Below, piece by piece: positions 12,197-24,775 of a stretch of 64,000 nt of DNA (position 1 is the stretch's first letter; each line of letters opens with the position of its first letter). This DNA is from Pecten maximus (lineage: Eukaryota): assembly GCF_902652985.1 (NCBI RefSeq), contig NC_047020.1, positions 35,340,001-35,404,000 of the forward strand, read 5' to 3'. The notes under the pieces were generated by a model. It did no database searches. It saw nothing but the letters and a program-made list of their open reading frames with translations, and was not told the DNA's origin. A program made the position numbers and the translations under genes.

Positions 12197-14242
12197 TTTT
12201 TAACTCGCCATCACCAGATTGTGGGATTTTCGTTAGTGGCCAATCGTACATCGTCCGTCGTCCATCGTCCATCGTCCGTCGTCCATCGTCCGCCATAAGT
12301 CGTCCATCGTCCATCGTCCGTCATATATCGTCCATCGTCCGTCATACATCGTCCATCGTCCGTCATAAGTCGTCCATCGTCCGTCATACATCGTCCATCG
12401 TCCGTCATAAGTCATCCATCGTCCATCGTCCGTCATACATCATACATCATTCATCGTCCATCGTCCATCGTCCGTCATACATCGTCCATCGTCCGTCATA
12501 AGTCGTCTATCGTCCATCGTCCATCTTCCATCATACATGTACATCGTCCATCGTCCATCGTCCATCATACATCGTTCATCGTCCGTCGTACATCGTCCAT
12601 CGTCCATCATACATCGTCCATCATCCATCGTGCATCGTCCATCATACATCATCCATCGTCCATCGTCCGTCGTACATCGTCCATCCGCCGTAAACAATCC
12701 GTCTCATCGCTATTTCTTGAGAACCACCGAAAGGGCTTTTTCAAACTTCAGATGTATGTTCTCCTTAGTCCCTAGGTATGCCCATTTAATTTCAAGTCTG
12801 ATCCGGAAAACAAAATGGCCAGTTTTTATTCCGACAGTAAAAGTTTTTTTTTGTTTTTTTGTTTTTGTTATTTATTTCATAAGGAGTACTTGAATGATTT
12901 TTCTCAAACTTTATACGTACATGTACGTTTCTTTTGGTTTCTAGCTGAGTCTATTTTTTAGTCTTATCAAGTTGAATTTTATTATTGCTGCTTCTAATTC
13001 ACAAAAACTTCTTCACAAATATCTCATGGATATCATATGTTGGTTCCCCTTTTTATTAAAGCACTGGAATAGAGGACAGATAATATATCAATCAAGAGCT
13101 TTCAATAGTGAGCACCAAAATCACTCTGGAATCTCTTGTTCTCAAACTACAGCGGTACATGTAGACTCCATTGATTCCTAGATGTGTCGATTCAATTTAG
13201 AGTCTGATTAGAAAAGAAAATGGCCGAATGTGGCCATCTTGAATTTTGACATTTGAAGTTTCATGAGCAGCACATGCAAAATGTAGGAATGATTGTCTTG
13301 ATTTCTACGGTGCCAAACCAAGTCTAATATAGGGGGAAAGTAAATGGCCGACAGGCGGTAATCTTGAAATTCGAAAATTGAATTTTGTTTTAACAATTTC
13401 TTGATAAGTGTATTGAGCATATTTTTCAAACTTTGTAGGCAGGTTTCCATAGTCCCAGCTGTGCATATTTAATTTTGGCTCTGATCGGAGACACAAATTG
13501 CCACAAGACGCCCATCTTACGATTGAACATTTAAACTTTGTTATGACTATTTCTTGCGAAGTTCTTGAAATATATTTCTCAATCAATTATATAGGTTCCC
13601 CATAGTCCCCGCTGTCAATTAAATTTTGACTCTGATCGGGGATATAATGGTCACGAGACGTCCATCTTTATATTTAATAGCTGAACTTTAGTTCTTGAGA
13701 AGTTCTAGAAGGATATTCTTCAATCAATTATATAGGTTCCACTTAGTCCCTTGTTCTGACCGTTCAATTTTGAGTCTGATCCAGAAAGCATTATGGCCGA
13801 TAGGCGGCCATCTTATACATTTGTATTTTGATAGTTGAAATTCATTATTGGTATATTTTTGCTTTTGAAGAACTGGAGGTTTATTTCTAAAATCTTATAT
13901 GTATGTTCTCCTTGGCCCCTAGCGGCGCCCGTTCAAATTTTAGTCTAATGGAAAAAATAAAATGTCCGACAGGCGGCCATCTTGTATTCTATCAGTTGAT
14001 GTTTGTTATGGCTGTTTTTCAGAATGTTCTGAGATTTTCCTTACACTTCACAAGAAGGTTTTCTTTGTTATCAAATGATTAAGAGGAAAAGGGGAATGAA
14101 GAGAAAAGGAAAAAAAGTCAGTCTTACATAGAATCAATAAATCACTTCCCTTGTTACCAAAGTATGAAAATAGAGAAAAAATCATAAAACGAATCAGGTT
14201 CTTACAATGGTGAGCGCCAATATCACACTTTGATCTGTTGTG
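12197..14242 (+). mobile_element. Helentron-associated non-autonomous element (HINE / pearl-CvA-like architecture), compound
   Basis: 5' TTTTTAACTCGCCAT, then a (CATCGTC/CGTC)n microsatellite (12245-12690), then ~150-bp core repeats (AAAATGGCCGACAGGCGGCCATCTT anchors near 12812, 13217, 13342, 13495, 13645, 13791, 13959). 3' subterminal IR ATGGTGAGC at ~14207, with a second 3'-end copy at 13104-13140. Confidence 0.75.
12245..12690. repeat. Compound (CATCGTC)n/(CGTC)n microsatellite within the HINE-like element
   Basis: Direct inspection; source of the DDGR/RPSSI low-complexity ORFs. Confidence 0.95.
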
Positions 14243-14566
14243 TATTTCTCATATTATGAATATACAATTTTTTGTTAAATATATGACTGATTGAAATATC
14301 GCCAGGTTTTAACCTCTTCTGGAAGCTCAACATGATATTTTCAGAAATTTTCATTAAAAAAAAAGAAGAAAAAAAGAAAGAAAGAAAAAAAGCATTTCTG
14401 ATGGAGTAGACAGCGTTCGTGAATGTGTTGATGGGACGTTACACAATAACAAGTCACGTTCGTTATAACTGCCGGGGGAATCGTTATAATACAAACCATA
14501 AGTTAAACATGGCTGCAAGTGTCCGTCTCAGATCCACGACCACTTCTCAATTAATCGATATATCGC

Positions 14567-15864
14567 TTCTCTCAGCATTGGCCCCCTTACCGCAGGTCTG
14601 GTTCTCTCAGCATTGGCCCCCTTACCGCAGGTCTGGTTCTCTCAGGATTGCCCCCCTTACCACAGGTCTGGTTCTCTCAGCATTGGCCCCCTTACCACAG
14701 GTCTGGTTCTCTCAGCATTGGCCCCCTTACCACAGGTCTGGTTCTCTCAGCATTGGCCCCCTTACCGCAGGTCTGGTTCTCTCAGGATTGCCCCCCTTAC
14801 CACAGGTCTGGTTCTCTCAGCATTGGCCCCCTTACCACAGGTCTGGTTCTCTCAGCATTGGCCCCCTTACCACAGGTCTGGTTCTCTCAGCATTGGCTCC
14901 CTTACCACAGGTCTGGTTCTCTCAGCATTGGCCCCCTTACCACATGTCTGGTTCTCTCAGCATTGGCCCCCTTACCACAGGTCTGGTTCTCTCAGCATTG
15001 GCCCCCCTTATCACAGGTCTGGTTCTCTCAGCATTGGCCCCCTTACCACAGGTCTGGTTCTCTCAGCATTGGCCCCCTTACCACAGGTCTGGTTCTCTCA
15101 GCATTGGCCCCCTTACCACAGGTCTGGTTCTCTCAGCATTGGCCCCCTTACCACTGGTCTGGTTCTCTCAGCATTGGCCCCCTTAACACAGGTCTGGTTC
15201 TCTCAGCATTGGCCTCCTTACCACAGGTCTGGTTCTCTCAGCATTGGCCCCCTTACCACAGGTCTGGTTCTCTCAGCATTGGCTCCCTTACCACAGGTCT
15301 GGTTCTCTCAGCATTGGCCCCCTTACCACAGGTCTGGTTCTCTCAGCATTGGCCCCCTTACCACAGGTCTGGTTCTCTCAGCATTGGCCCCCTTACCACA
15401 GGTCTGGTTCTCTCAGCATTGGCCCCCTTACCACAGGTCTGGTTCTCTCAGCATTGGCCCCTTACCACAGGCCTGGTTCTCTCAGCATTGGCCCCCTTAC
15501 CACAGGTCTGGTTCTCTCAGCATTGGCCCCTTACCACAGGTCTGGTTCTCTCAGCATTGGCCCCATTACCACAGGTCTGGTTCTCTCAGCATTGGCCCCC
15601 TTACAACAGGTCTGGTTCTCTCAGCATTGGCCCCCTTACCACAGGTCTGGTTCTCTCAGCATTGGCTCCCTTACCACAGGTCTGGTTCTCTCAGCATTGG
15701 CCCCCTTACCACAGGTCTGGTCTGGTTCTCAGCATTGGCTCCCTTACCACAGATCTGGTTCTCTCAGCATTGGCCCCCTTACCACAGGTCTGGTTCTCTC
15801 AGCATTGGCCCCTTACCACAGGTCTGGTTCTCTCAGCATTGGCTCCCTTACCACAGGTCTGGTT
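14567..15864. repeat. 35-bp minisatellite, ~37 highly homogeneous copies (TTCTCTCAGCATTGGCCCCCTTACCACAGGTCTGG)
   Basis: Period 35 (14567, 14602, 14637...). The period is not a multiple of 3 and has no stop on +, so all three + frames are open and the ORFs at 14419-15888 are artefacts. Confidence 0.98.
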
Positions 15865-18167
15865 AAAACAATAAAACAAATATGTTGACGGTATGTAACA
15901 GTAAGTTTGAGATACAGTGTTAGTTTTTGCTTTGAAAAGGTACAATCTTAATACTACCTAAATGACATCTTCTTTATTTCTGTAACATAAAAACATGCTA
16001 ATGTTACTAGTATCAGATGTGTATTAACAGGTATATTGAAGACTTTTAAACACTATCATACTCCAGTACACCATTACTGACAACAACCCTCCTTTGGTAC
16101 AGATACATGTAGCTAGATTATTGATTTAATATCGGTCGGTATCTGACGATGAACTTTGCTTCCATCGGCGACTTCCTTGAAATATATATTTTTCTATAAG
16201 GTGAAATCTGTTTATCTTTATATTGCAATCAAGTAGTTAAAGTGACATAATACTTTCTTTTGATACCGAAAATACTTTCATCAGTTGTCATTTTAGAAAT
16301 GGGCTCGGTAGAACGCATCAAATACGAACTGATCTCCAGACTTCATCTCGGAATCTTGGAAACATTGCAACAATTTCCGGTTGCCTTGAAATATTAGACC
16401 TTCATGATGATCCGTCAGACAAGCGTAACGGATTTTACAGCGTGATTTATGTAGGATTGACCCTATCGTATCCATAACGATCCTGTTTTTATAGACAGAA
16501 CATTGCCTGAATTGGGTTCGCAGGCATGACAGAATATCACGTGACTTCCCAAGTCAATCACTATCTGTCGATCCAAACGTGTGATTACAAAATCTCTGTC
16601 AGATGTTACGTTGATGTAATAGTGTGACGGTTTTGACATCTTTAACCACAGAAATGGAATCCATATTACTATGTTTGCGAGGTCCGATCATTTATCTGAT
16701 TTCGAGAATCTTGTGCGCCGGCTTCTTTCGCTTAGCGCTGATCCGTCCTGATAGCTCATTGTGAAGATGTCCATGTAGCCCAGTATCCAGTGTATCTTTC
16801 GTTTGCATGTTCATGGTTTGATATCCAAATGACGGTTAAATTATCCTGGAGACTGTTTCCATAGATACACGTGTGTATCACTTGTACCGTTTTTGTTTGG
16901 TTTAGGTGGATATCCCTAACAACCAGAGTTATTTATATCGGCCAAACAAAAGACGTTTTCAAGATAAGTAGTTTTCGTTAAACTGTTATTGATTCACATA
17001 TCTCAGTTGAATGTGACCGGGTTTGGTTCCATTTTGTCGTGTCAAGGTGTGACATTTCATTTTGGCGACACTATTGAATAGTCTGTCAGTGACCCTATTA
17101 TTCGTAAATAACGTCCTCATACGACATCAGGCATGAAGGATATGCCAGCCCCCTCCCCGAGCCCGAACACAATAAACTCTCAAATATAACTAAGGTTGCA
17201 GATTATTTCATTGGTTTTATGACATCCCATTGACTAATAACCTTGCAATCGCCAGTACGTGATTTCGACTCGGTCTCAAATAGATCATCACTGTCGGTAC
17301 GAAGAGATTTGAAATTACCTATTTTGATTGTGTTGACGCTACGGTAACCATTTCTATGTGGAGAATGTATGACCGTTCGTAAGCTACAGCTTTAATACGC
17401 TTTCAATCGTATTACATGTGACATTTCAAGGTTGATGTTGGTCCTAAGCACAGCCTCATTCTGTTACTAGGTATACAATTGGGCAAAAAATTCAATAATT
17501 GAAAGAAAATTTACTTAGAGATCTGGGGGAAGAGCGGATTTCTAGTGAATCTCATTAAAAGCGTTGAGAAATAACTCAATGCATTTTGTATAAAAGAACT
17601 GCAGAGTTGATAAATTGCTGCAGAGCTCATGTAGGAAACCTAATATACCTTACGTTCTCAATGTTATGTAAATCCAACTCTTGAAGCTCGCAAAAATAAA
17701 TGAAAAATAAAAACAAATCAAATAAAAAAGAATAAATCTGTATCTCATTCCACATGTTCATAAAGGGCAACATATATGGGGCCTGTTCTGAATCGATAAT
17801 TGTCTTTATGCTTTGGGGGCATATACTCTTTGATATGAATTAATATTCTGCCGTCATTGTATTATTAAGACAATTCATGGTGCTTTTGTTGCCCGTCATA
17901 CACTTTCTTTCAATGCACTATTAAATTCGTTTTAATGAAAAGCGACACAAGGGAAAGAAGTGGTTTGTTGATCAACGGTTCATCGATGGTTGACAGGGCC
18001 GTATATATATCATCTCATTAAGGTAACGGATGTTACGTAGATACTACTTCCGTCTTGTAGTGTTGTGAATCATCTTCCATACACTGTACCTCGTTTTCAG
18101 CCTTAGTTCCGACTACATTTCCGAAGACACTGATTCTTCATAGGGCTGCTCTTTTTGTTTGGTTAAG

Positions 18168-21100
18168 CTTACAGCAGTAGTTTACAACAGTAGTAGTTTA
18201 CAGTAGTAGTAGTTAACAGCACAATAGTTGACAGCAGAAGTAGGTAACAGCAGTAGTAGTTTATAGCAGGCAGTAGTAGTTTACAACAGTAGTAGTTTAC
18301 AGGAGTAGTAAACAGCAGGAGTATGTTACAGCAGGAGTATGTTACAGCAGGAGTATGTTACAGTAGTATGTTACAGTAGTAGTATGTTACAGCAGGAGTA
18401 TGTTACAGCAGGGGTATGTTACAGTAGTAGGGTACAGTAGTAGTATGTTACAGCAGGAGTATGTTACAGCAGGGGTATGTTACAGTAGTAGGGTACAGTA
18501 GTAGTATGTTACAGCAGGAGTATGTTACAGCAGGAGTATGTTACAGTAGTATGTTACAGTAGTAGTATGTTACAGCAGGAGTATGTTACAGCAGGAGTAT
18601 GTTACAGCAGGAGTATGTTACAGCAGGGGTATGTTACAGTAGTATGTTACAGTAGTAGTATGTTACAGCAGGAGTATGTTACAGCAGGGGTATGTTACAG
18701 CAGTAGTATGTTACAGCAGGAGTATGTTACAGCAGGGGTATGTTACAGTAGTATGTTACAGCAGGAATATGTTACAGCAGTAGTATGTTACAGCAGGGGT
18801 ATGTTACAGCAGTAGTATGTTACAGTAGTAGTATGTTACAGTAGTATGTTACAGTAGTATGTTACAGTAGTATGTTACAGTAGTAGTATGTTACAGAAGT
18901 ATGTTACAGCAGGAGTGTGTTACAGTAGTAGTATGTTACAGCAGGAGTATGTTACAGCAGTAGTATGTTACAGTAGTAGTATGTTACAGTAGTAGTATGT
19001 TACAGCAGTAGTATGTTACAGTAGTAGTATGTTACAGTAGTAGTATGTTACAGCAGGAGTATGTTACAGTAGTAGTATGTTACAGCAGGGGTATGTTACA
19101 GCAGTAGTATGTTACAGTAGTAGGTTACAGCAGGGGTATGTTACAGTAGTAGTATGTTACAGCAGGAGTATGTTACAGCAGGAGTATGTTACAGCAGGAG
19201 TATGTTACAGTAGTAGGTTACAGCAGTAGTATGTTACAGCAGGAGTATGTTACAGTAGTAGGTTACAGCAGTAGTATGTTACAGCAGGAGTATGTTACAG
19301 TAGTATGTTACAGCAGGAGTATGTTACAGCAGGAGTATGTTACAGCAGGAGTATGTTACAGCAGGAGTATGTTACAGTAGTAGTATGTTACAGCAGGAAT
19401 ATGTTACAGCAGGAGTATGTTACAGTAGTAGTATGTTACAGCAGGAGTATGTTACAGCAGGGGTATGTTACAGCAGGAGTATGTTACAGCAGGGGTATGT
19501 TACAGCAGGAGTATGTTACAGCAGGAGTATGTTACAGCAGGAACATGTTACAGCAGGAGTATGTTACAGCAGTAGTATGTTACAGCAGGAGTATGTTACA
19601 GCAGGAACATGTTACAGCAGGAGTATGTTACAGCAGTAGTATGTTACAGTAGTAGTATGTTACAGCAGGAGTATGTTACAGTAGTAGTATGTTACAGCAG
19701 TAGTATGTTACAGCAGTAGTATGTTACAGTAGTATGTTACAGCAGGAGTATGTTACAGCAGGAGTATGTTACAGCAGGGGTATGTTACAGCAGGAGTATG
19801 TTACAGCAGGGGTATGTTACAGCAGGAGTATGTTACAGTAGTATGTTACAGCAGGGGTATGTTACAGTAGTATGTTACAGTAGTATGTTACAGCAGTAGT
19901 ATGTTACAGCAGGAGTAGGTTACAGCAGGAGTATGTTACAGTAGTATGTTACAGTAGTAGTATGTTACAGCAGGAGTATGTTACAGTAGTAGTATGTTAC
20001 AGCAGGAGTATGTTACAGTAGTATGTTACAGCAGGGGTATGTTACAGCAGGGGTATGTTACAGTAGTATGTTACAGCAGGGGTATGTTACAGCAGGGGTA
20101 TGTTACAGTAGTATGTTACAGCAGGAGTATGTTACAGTAGTAGTATGTTACAGCAGGAGTATGTTACAGCAGGAGTATGTTACAGTAGTAGTATGTTACA
20201 GCAGGGGTATGTTACAGCATGGGTATGTTACAGCAGAGGTATGTTACAGCAGGAGTATGTTACAACAGGAGTATGTTAAAGCAGGGGTATGTTACAGCAG
20301 GAGTATGTTACAGTAGTAGTATGTTACAGCAGGAGTATGTTACAGCAGGAGTATGTTACAGCAGGAGTATGTTACAGTAGTAGTAAACAGCAGGAATATG
20401 TTACAGCAGGAGTATGTTACAGCAGGGGTATGTTACAGCAGGAGTATGTTACAGTAGTATGTTACAGCAGGGGTATGTTACAGTAGTAGTATGTTACAGC
20501 ATGGGTATGTTACAGCAGGAGTATGTTACAGTAGTATGTTACAGCAGGAGTATGTTACAGCAGGAGTATGTTACAGTAGTAGTATGTTACAGCAGGAGTA
20601 TGTTACAGCAGGAGTATGTTACAGCAGTAGTATGTTACAGCAGTAGTATGTTACAGCAGGGGTATGTTACAGTAGTATGTTACAGCAGGAGTATGTTACA
20701 GCAGGAATATGTTACAGCAGGAGTATGTTACAGCAGGAGTATGTTACAGTAGTAGTATGTTACAGCAGGAATATGTTACAGCAGGAGTATGTTACAGTAG
20801 TAGTATGTTACAGCAGGAGTATGTTACAGCAGGGGTATGTTACAGCAGGAGTATGTTACAGCAGGGGTATGTTACAGCAGGAGTATGTTACAGCAGGAGT
20901 ATGTTACAGCAGGAATATGTTACAGCAGGAGTATGTTACAGCAGTAGTATGTTACAGCAGTAGTATGTTACAGCAGGAGTATGTTACAGCAGTAGTATGT
21001 TACAGCAGGAGTAGGTTACAGCAGTAGTATGTTACAGTAGTATGTTACAGCAGGAGTATGTTACAGCAGGAGTATGTTACAGCAGGGGTATGTTACAGCA

Positions 21101-22310
21101 GGAGTATGTTACAGCAGGGGTATGTTACAGCAGGAGTATGTTACAGTAGTATGTTACAGCAGGAATATGTTACAGCAGGAGTATGTTACAGTAGTAGTAT
21201 GTTACAGCAGGAGTATGTTACAGCAGGGGTATGTTACAGCAGGAATATGTTACAGCAGGAGTATGTTACAGTAGTAGTATGTTACAGCAGGAGTATGTTA
21301 CAGCAGGGGTATGTTACAGCAGGAGTATGTTACAGCAGGAGTATGTTACAGCAGGAATATGTTACAGCAGGAGTATGTTACAGCAGTAGTATGTTACAGC
21401 AGTAGTATGTTACAGCAGGAGTATGTTACAGCAGTAGTATGTTACAGCAGGAGTAGGTTACAGCAGTAGTATGTTACAGCAGGGGTATGTTACAGCAGGA
21501 GTATGTTACAGTAGTATGTTACAGCAGGGGTATGTTACAGTAGTATGTTACAGTAGTATGTTACAGCAGTAGTATGTTACAGCAGGAGTAGGTTACAGCA
21601 GGAGTATGTTACAGTAGTATGTTACAGTAGTAGTATGTTACAGCAGGAGTATGTTACACTAGTAGTATGTTACAGCAGGAGTATGTTACAGTAGTAGTAT
21701 GTTACAGCAGGAGTAGGTTACAGCAGGAGTATGTTACAGTAGTATGTTACAGCAGGAGTATGTTACAGCAGTAGTATGTTACAGCAGGAGTATGTTACAG
21801 CAGGGGTATGTTACAGCAGGAGTATGTTACAGCAGTAGCAGGTTACATCAGCAGTAGTTGGTTAACAACAGGAGTTTGTTACAATAGTAGTATGTTACAG
21901 CAGGAGTATGTTACAGCAGGAGTAGGTTACAGCAGGAGTATGTTACAGTAGTATGTTACAGTAGTAGTATGTTACAGCAGGAGTATGTTACACTAGTAGT
22001 ATGTTACAGCAGGAGTATGTTACAGTAGTAGTATGTTACAGCAGGAGTATGTTACAGCAGGAGTAGGTTACAGCAGGAGTATGTTACAGAAGGAGTATGT
22101 TACAGCAGGAGTATGTTACAGTAGTAGTAGGTTACAGCAGGAGTATGTTACAGCAGGGGTATGTTACAGCAGGAGTATGTTACAGCAGTAGCAGGTTACA
22201 TCAGCAGTAGTTGGTTAACAACAGGAGTTTGTTACAATAGTAGTATGTTACAGTTGTAGTAGTTTATAGCAGTAGTAATTTACAACAGGAGTTTGTTACA
22301 GTAGTAGTTT
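18168..22310. repeat. 16/13-bp satellite, >250 units (GTATGTTACAGCAGGA; short variant GTATGTTACAGTA)
   Basis: Direct inspection; degenerate TAGTAGTTTACAGCAG units at both edges and again at 22834-22915. Confidence 0.98.
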
Positions 22311-22833
22311 TTTGTTTTGTTTGTTTATGTTTTACGGCCCATCGACAACTAGGGTCATTTAGGGCCAAACAATATACGAACATGTTTTATTTTGTAAGTT
22401 AAAATCAGATAAAATTTGTCATTTTTAAAAGCATCCGTATTGTATATTCAGATCATTCTGATAAAAAAGTTGGTTAAAAATGGTAAAATATGTATATGTA
22501 CGGATAGATTATGTGAACTTTGTTATATAAATAGAACGTCAAAGACAGTAACGTAAAAGACATCAAAGCCTATAAAATAGATCGATTTCTTTCAAGTAGC
22601 TAAATATTGTTTTCGAATCCACGGAACTGAAAAGGGTTTTCATATCCGGGACTCGAAAGTATTTATCACGAATGTGCTTGAAATCGGAACATTTTATTAA
22701 AAAATGCTCCACTGTGAATTGAGCATCACATGCATAACACACCGGTGGATCCTCTCGTTTCAAAAGGAACGAATGAGTAGGATATGTGTGCCCGGTACGG
22801 AGCCGAGAGAGGACTATTTCCTCTCTACGATCC
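22311..22833 (-). mobile_element. 5'-truncated non-LTR retrotransposon 3' end (I/Nimb-like clade), ORF2 C-terminal CCHC zinc knuckle plus 3' UTR
   Basis: The minus frame reads DRREEIVLSRLRTGHTYPTHSFLLKREDPPVCYACDAQFTVEHFLIKC...EIDLFYRL*, the RLRxGH...CxxC...TxxHxxxxC motif of I-group ORF2. It has a 3' UTR and (AAAC)-type tail, and TTACAGTAGTAGT flanks both sides (putative TSD). Confidence 0.9.
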
Positions 22834-22954
22834 TTACAGTAGTAGTAGTTTACAGCAGTAGTAGGTTACAGCAATAGAAATGTACAGCAGTAATAAGTAA
22901 ATTAAAGCAATAGTAGCTCCCATTTTGAGAAGTGTACCTGCTGCCCAATTGCAT

Positions 22955-23375
22955 AACGTAAGAGGCGACTAAATTTGAGATATTTTCTTTCCATTTCTTT
23001 CTCTAAAACTCACTGCCTCGGTTTTGGCCTTCAGTTGAGCGTTCACCCTTAGGAGGGAGGCTTTGTATCTATCTCTGTGTCCAAACATGCCAGAGGCTCT
23101 AAAGATGATGGTTGCTACTCCGACTTAGCGCTCAGCATTTTTGGAAGTATGGCGACTTGTTCGCCCGTTGTCAGTATTTTGTGACCAGGTGGGATGTACT
23201 GCTTGATATTTTTGCGGTATACTTCAATGAGAAAGCACTATAAAGTCGGTATCAGTTATCACAAGAAAACAAACACAAACACATCAACTATACGTGTACA
23301 TGTCTCACACAGTAGGAGGCCAGTCTTAAATCGTCTTAGCTGTTGAACGTAAAACAATACTAAGCCAAATTAAAC
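22955..23375 (+). mobile_element. SINE family B (tRNA-derived head, Meta-like central domain, Nimb-like tail), diverged
   Basis: CGTAAGAGGCGACTAAA leader; head GGCC..CAGTTGAGCGTTC; GTCAGTATTTTGTGACC...AGCACTATAAAG central block; tail GTCTTAAATCGTCTTAGCTGTTGA. Colinear with the copy at 35946-36340. Confidence 0.7.
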
Positions 23376-24775
23376 AGAAATAGTGTTTCCCTAGCCCTGG
23401 CTCCGTGGAAGTGAAACAAATGAAAATGCATCATGACAAATGCTGCTACAAAGCGATACCCATATGTGTTGATATATTTTAACGCCGAGCATGGATGTAA
23501 TATGTTAAAATATTCTTATAACACACTTAAGTAATTATCGTATTGTTTTGTTGTGAAGAATCACTTTCACAGGATGCCGTACAGACGCTATAATCAGTGT
23601 CATCATGAGTTCCTCTTCACATTGATCTCATCTAGAAAGTGACAACCGACTACGTCTTTTACTTAATTGCAGTCGCCAGGGAGATATACGTTATACCTGG
23701 CGCTGATTCGTCATACCGTATACTTCGTGCCAACCTAATCGATATCAAGCGGAGATTTAATTGATTGAAAAAGTCGTACACTTGACATATATAATTTCCA
23801 AACGACAAACGCCACCACCAGTTGACCTTAACTTCCATTTTACTACTGAACATTACAGAAAGTGTAATTAAAGATGTCCGACTTCAAGGACACGCGTGTA
23901 CACGTGACTCGTTCAATACAGATTTAGGAATGGTAATTCCTTGGAAGAAATGTCGGAATTGACAGAAACACTGATTATCACCCCGACTAATTTACAATGT
24001 ACTTTTTGAAATGTCGGACTTAAGATGTGTGTGGTTTTTTTTAGTTTGATGTATGTTACGATCATGTGCTAATATGTCACAGACATCCCCAATGCATCAT
24101 ACACTATCTATTGCACACGAGACACATTGCTATCTTTGTAACCCACAGAAATGAGGAACCTACAGGAAATATACTGTAGGCGTGGTTTCTAGCATGCACT
24201 TGATCAATCTAAATCCTGTGCGTTAATCCGTCAGCGTTTTCACACGTTTGACATTTGACGGTCTCTCGCGCATCACCATAAATAGTTAATTCATTTTATA
24301 AAGTCATAATAGCATTTTTTAAATTTAACATCCGGAATCAAATGTCTACTTTTACCGCTCAAGTAAGAGGAGTATCACAAATGCATAGGTTTGACTAATG
24401 ATTCACAGACATTTTAATCACCCCAACAATTCATGGGTTATTCGAACCAAGTCTCCAAACAATCCGATTTTCGCGAGAACAATACATTTCATATACTGCA
24501 GTACACAGTACAATAATTTCGATTCTGACGTCTTTGCTTAAATCAGTCAACATCAAGACTACGACCTAACCCTGTGTTGCGGTATATCATGTTACGTAAC
24601 TGTTAGTTGTCCTCAATTCTTTGAGACCTCCCTTTCACCTCACTTCGGTACTTATGCCAAGGTTATATGTCTGAGTGCTAGATAGTATCCGGAATTTTAT
24701 TGTTCAGTCGCGAAATTAGTTTACCCTTAAACGTTTGGGTAGAAGCTTGCGATATCTTAGACTAGCTAGAGTCAG

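Noticed and set aside
12051-12893. DDGR-/RPSSI-rich ORFs
   Set aside because: Translations of the (CATCGTC)n microsatellite within a transposon.
14419-15888. Four long ORFs (214-417 aa)
   Set aside because: Products of a 35-bp stop-free repeat read in all three frames; the same peptide cycles through the frames.
18522-21405. Many MLQQEYVTAGVCYS ORFs
   Set aside because: Translations of the 16/13-bp satellite.
23659-23853. ORF with SFGNYICQVYDFF resembling GPCR extracellular loop 1/TM3
   Set aside because: No hydrophobic TM3, no DRY motif at the right spacing, and no flanking TM exons.
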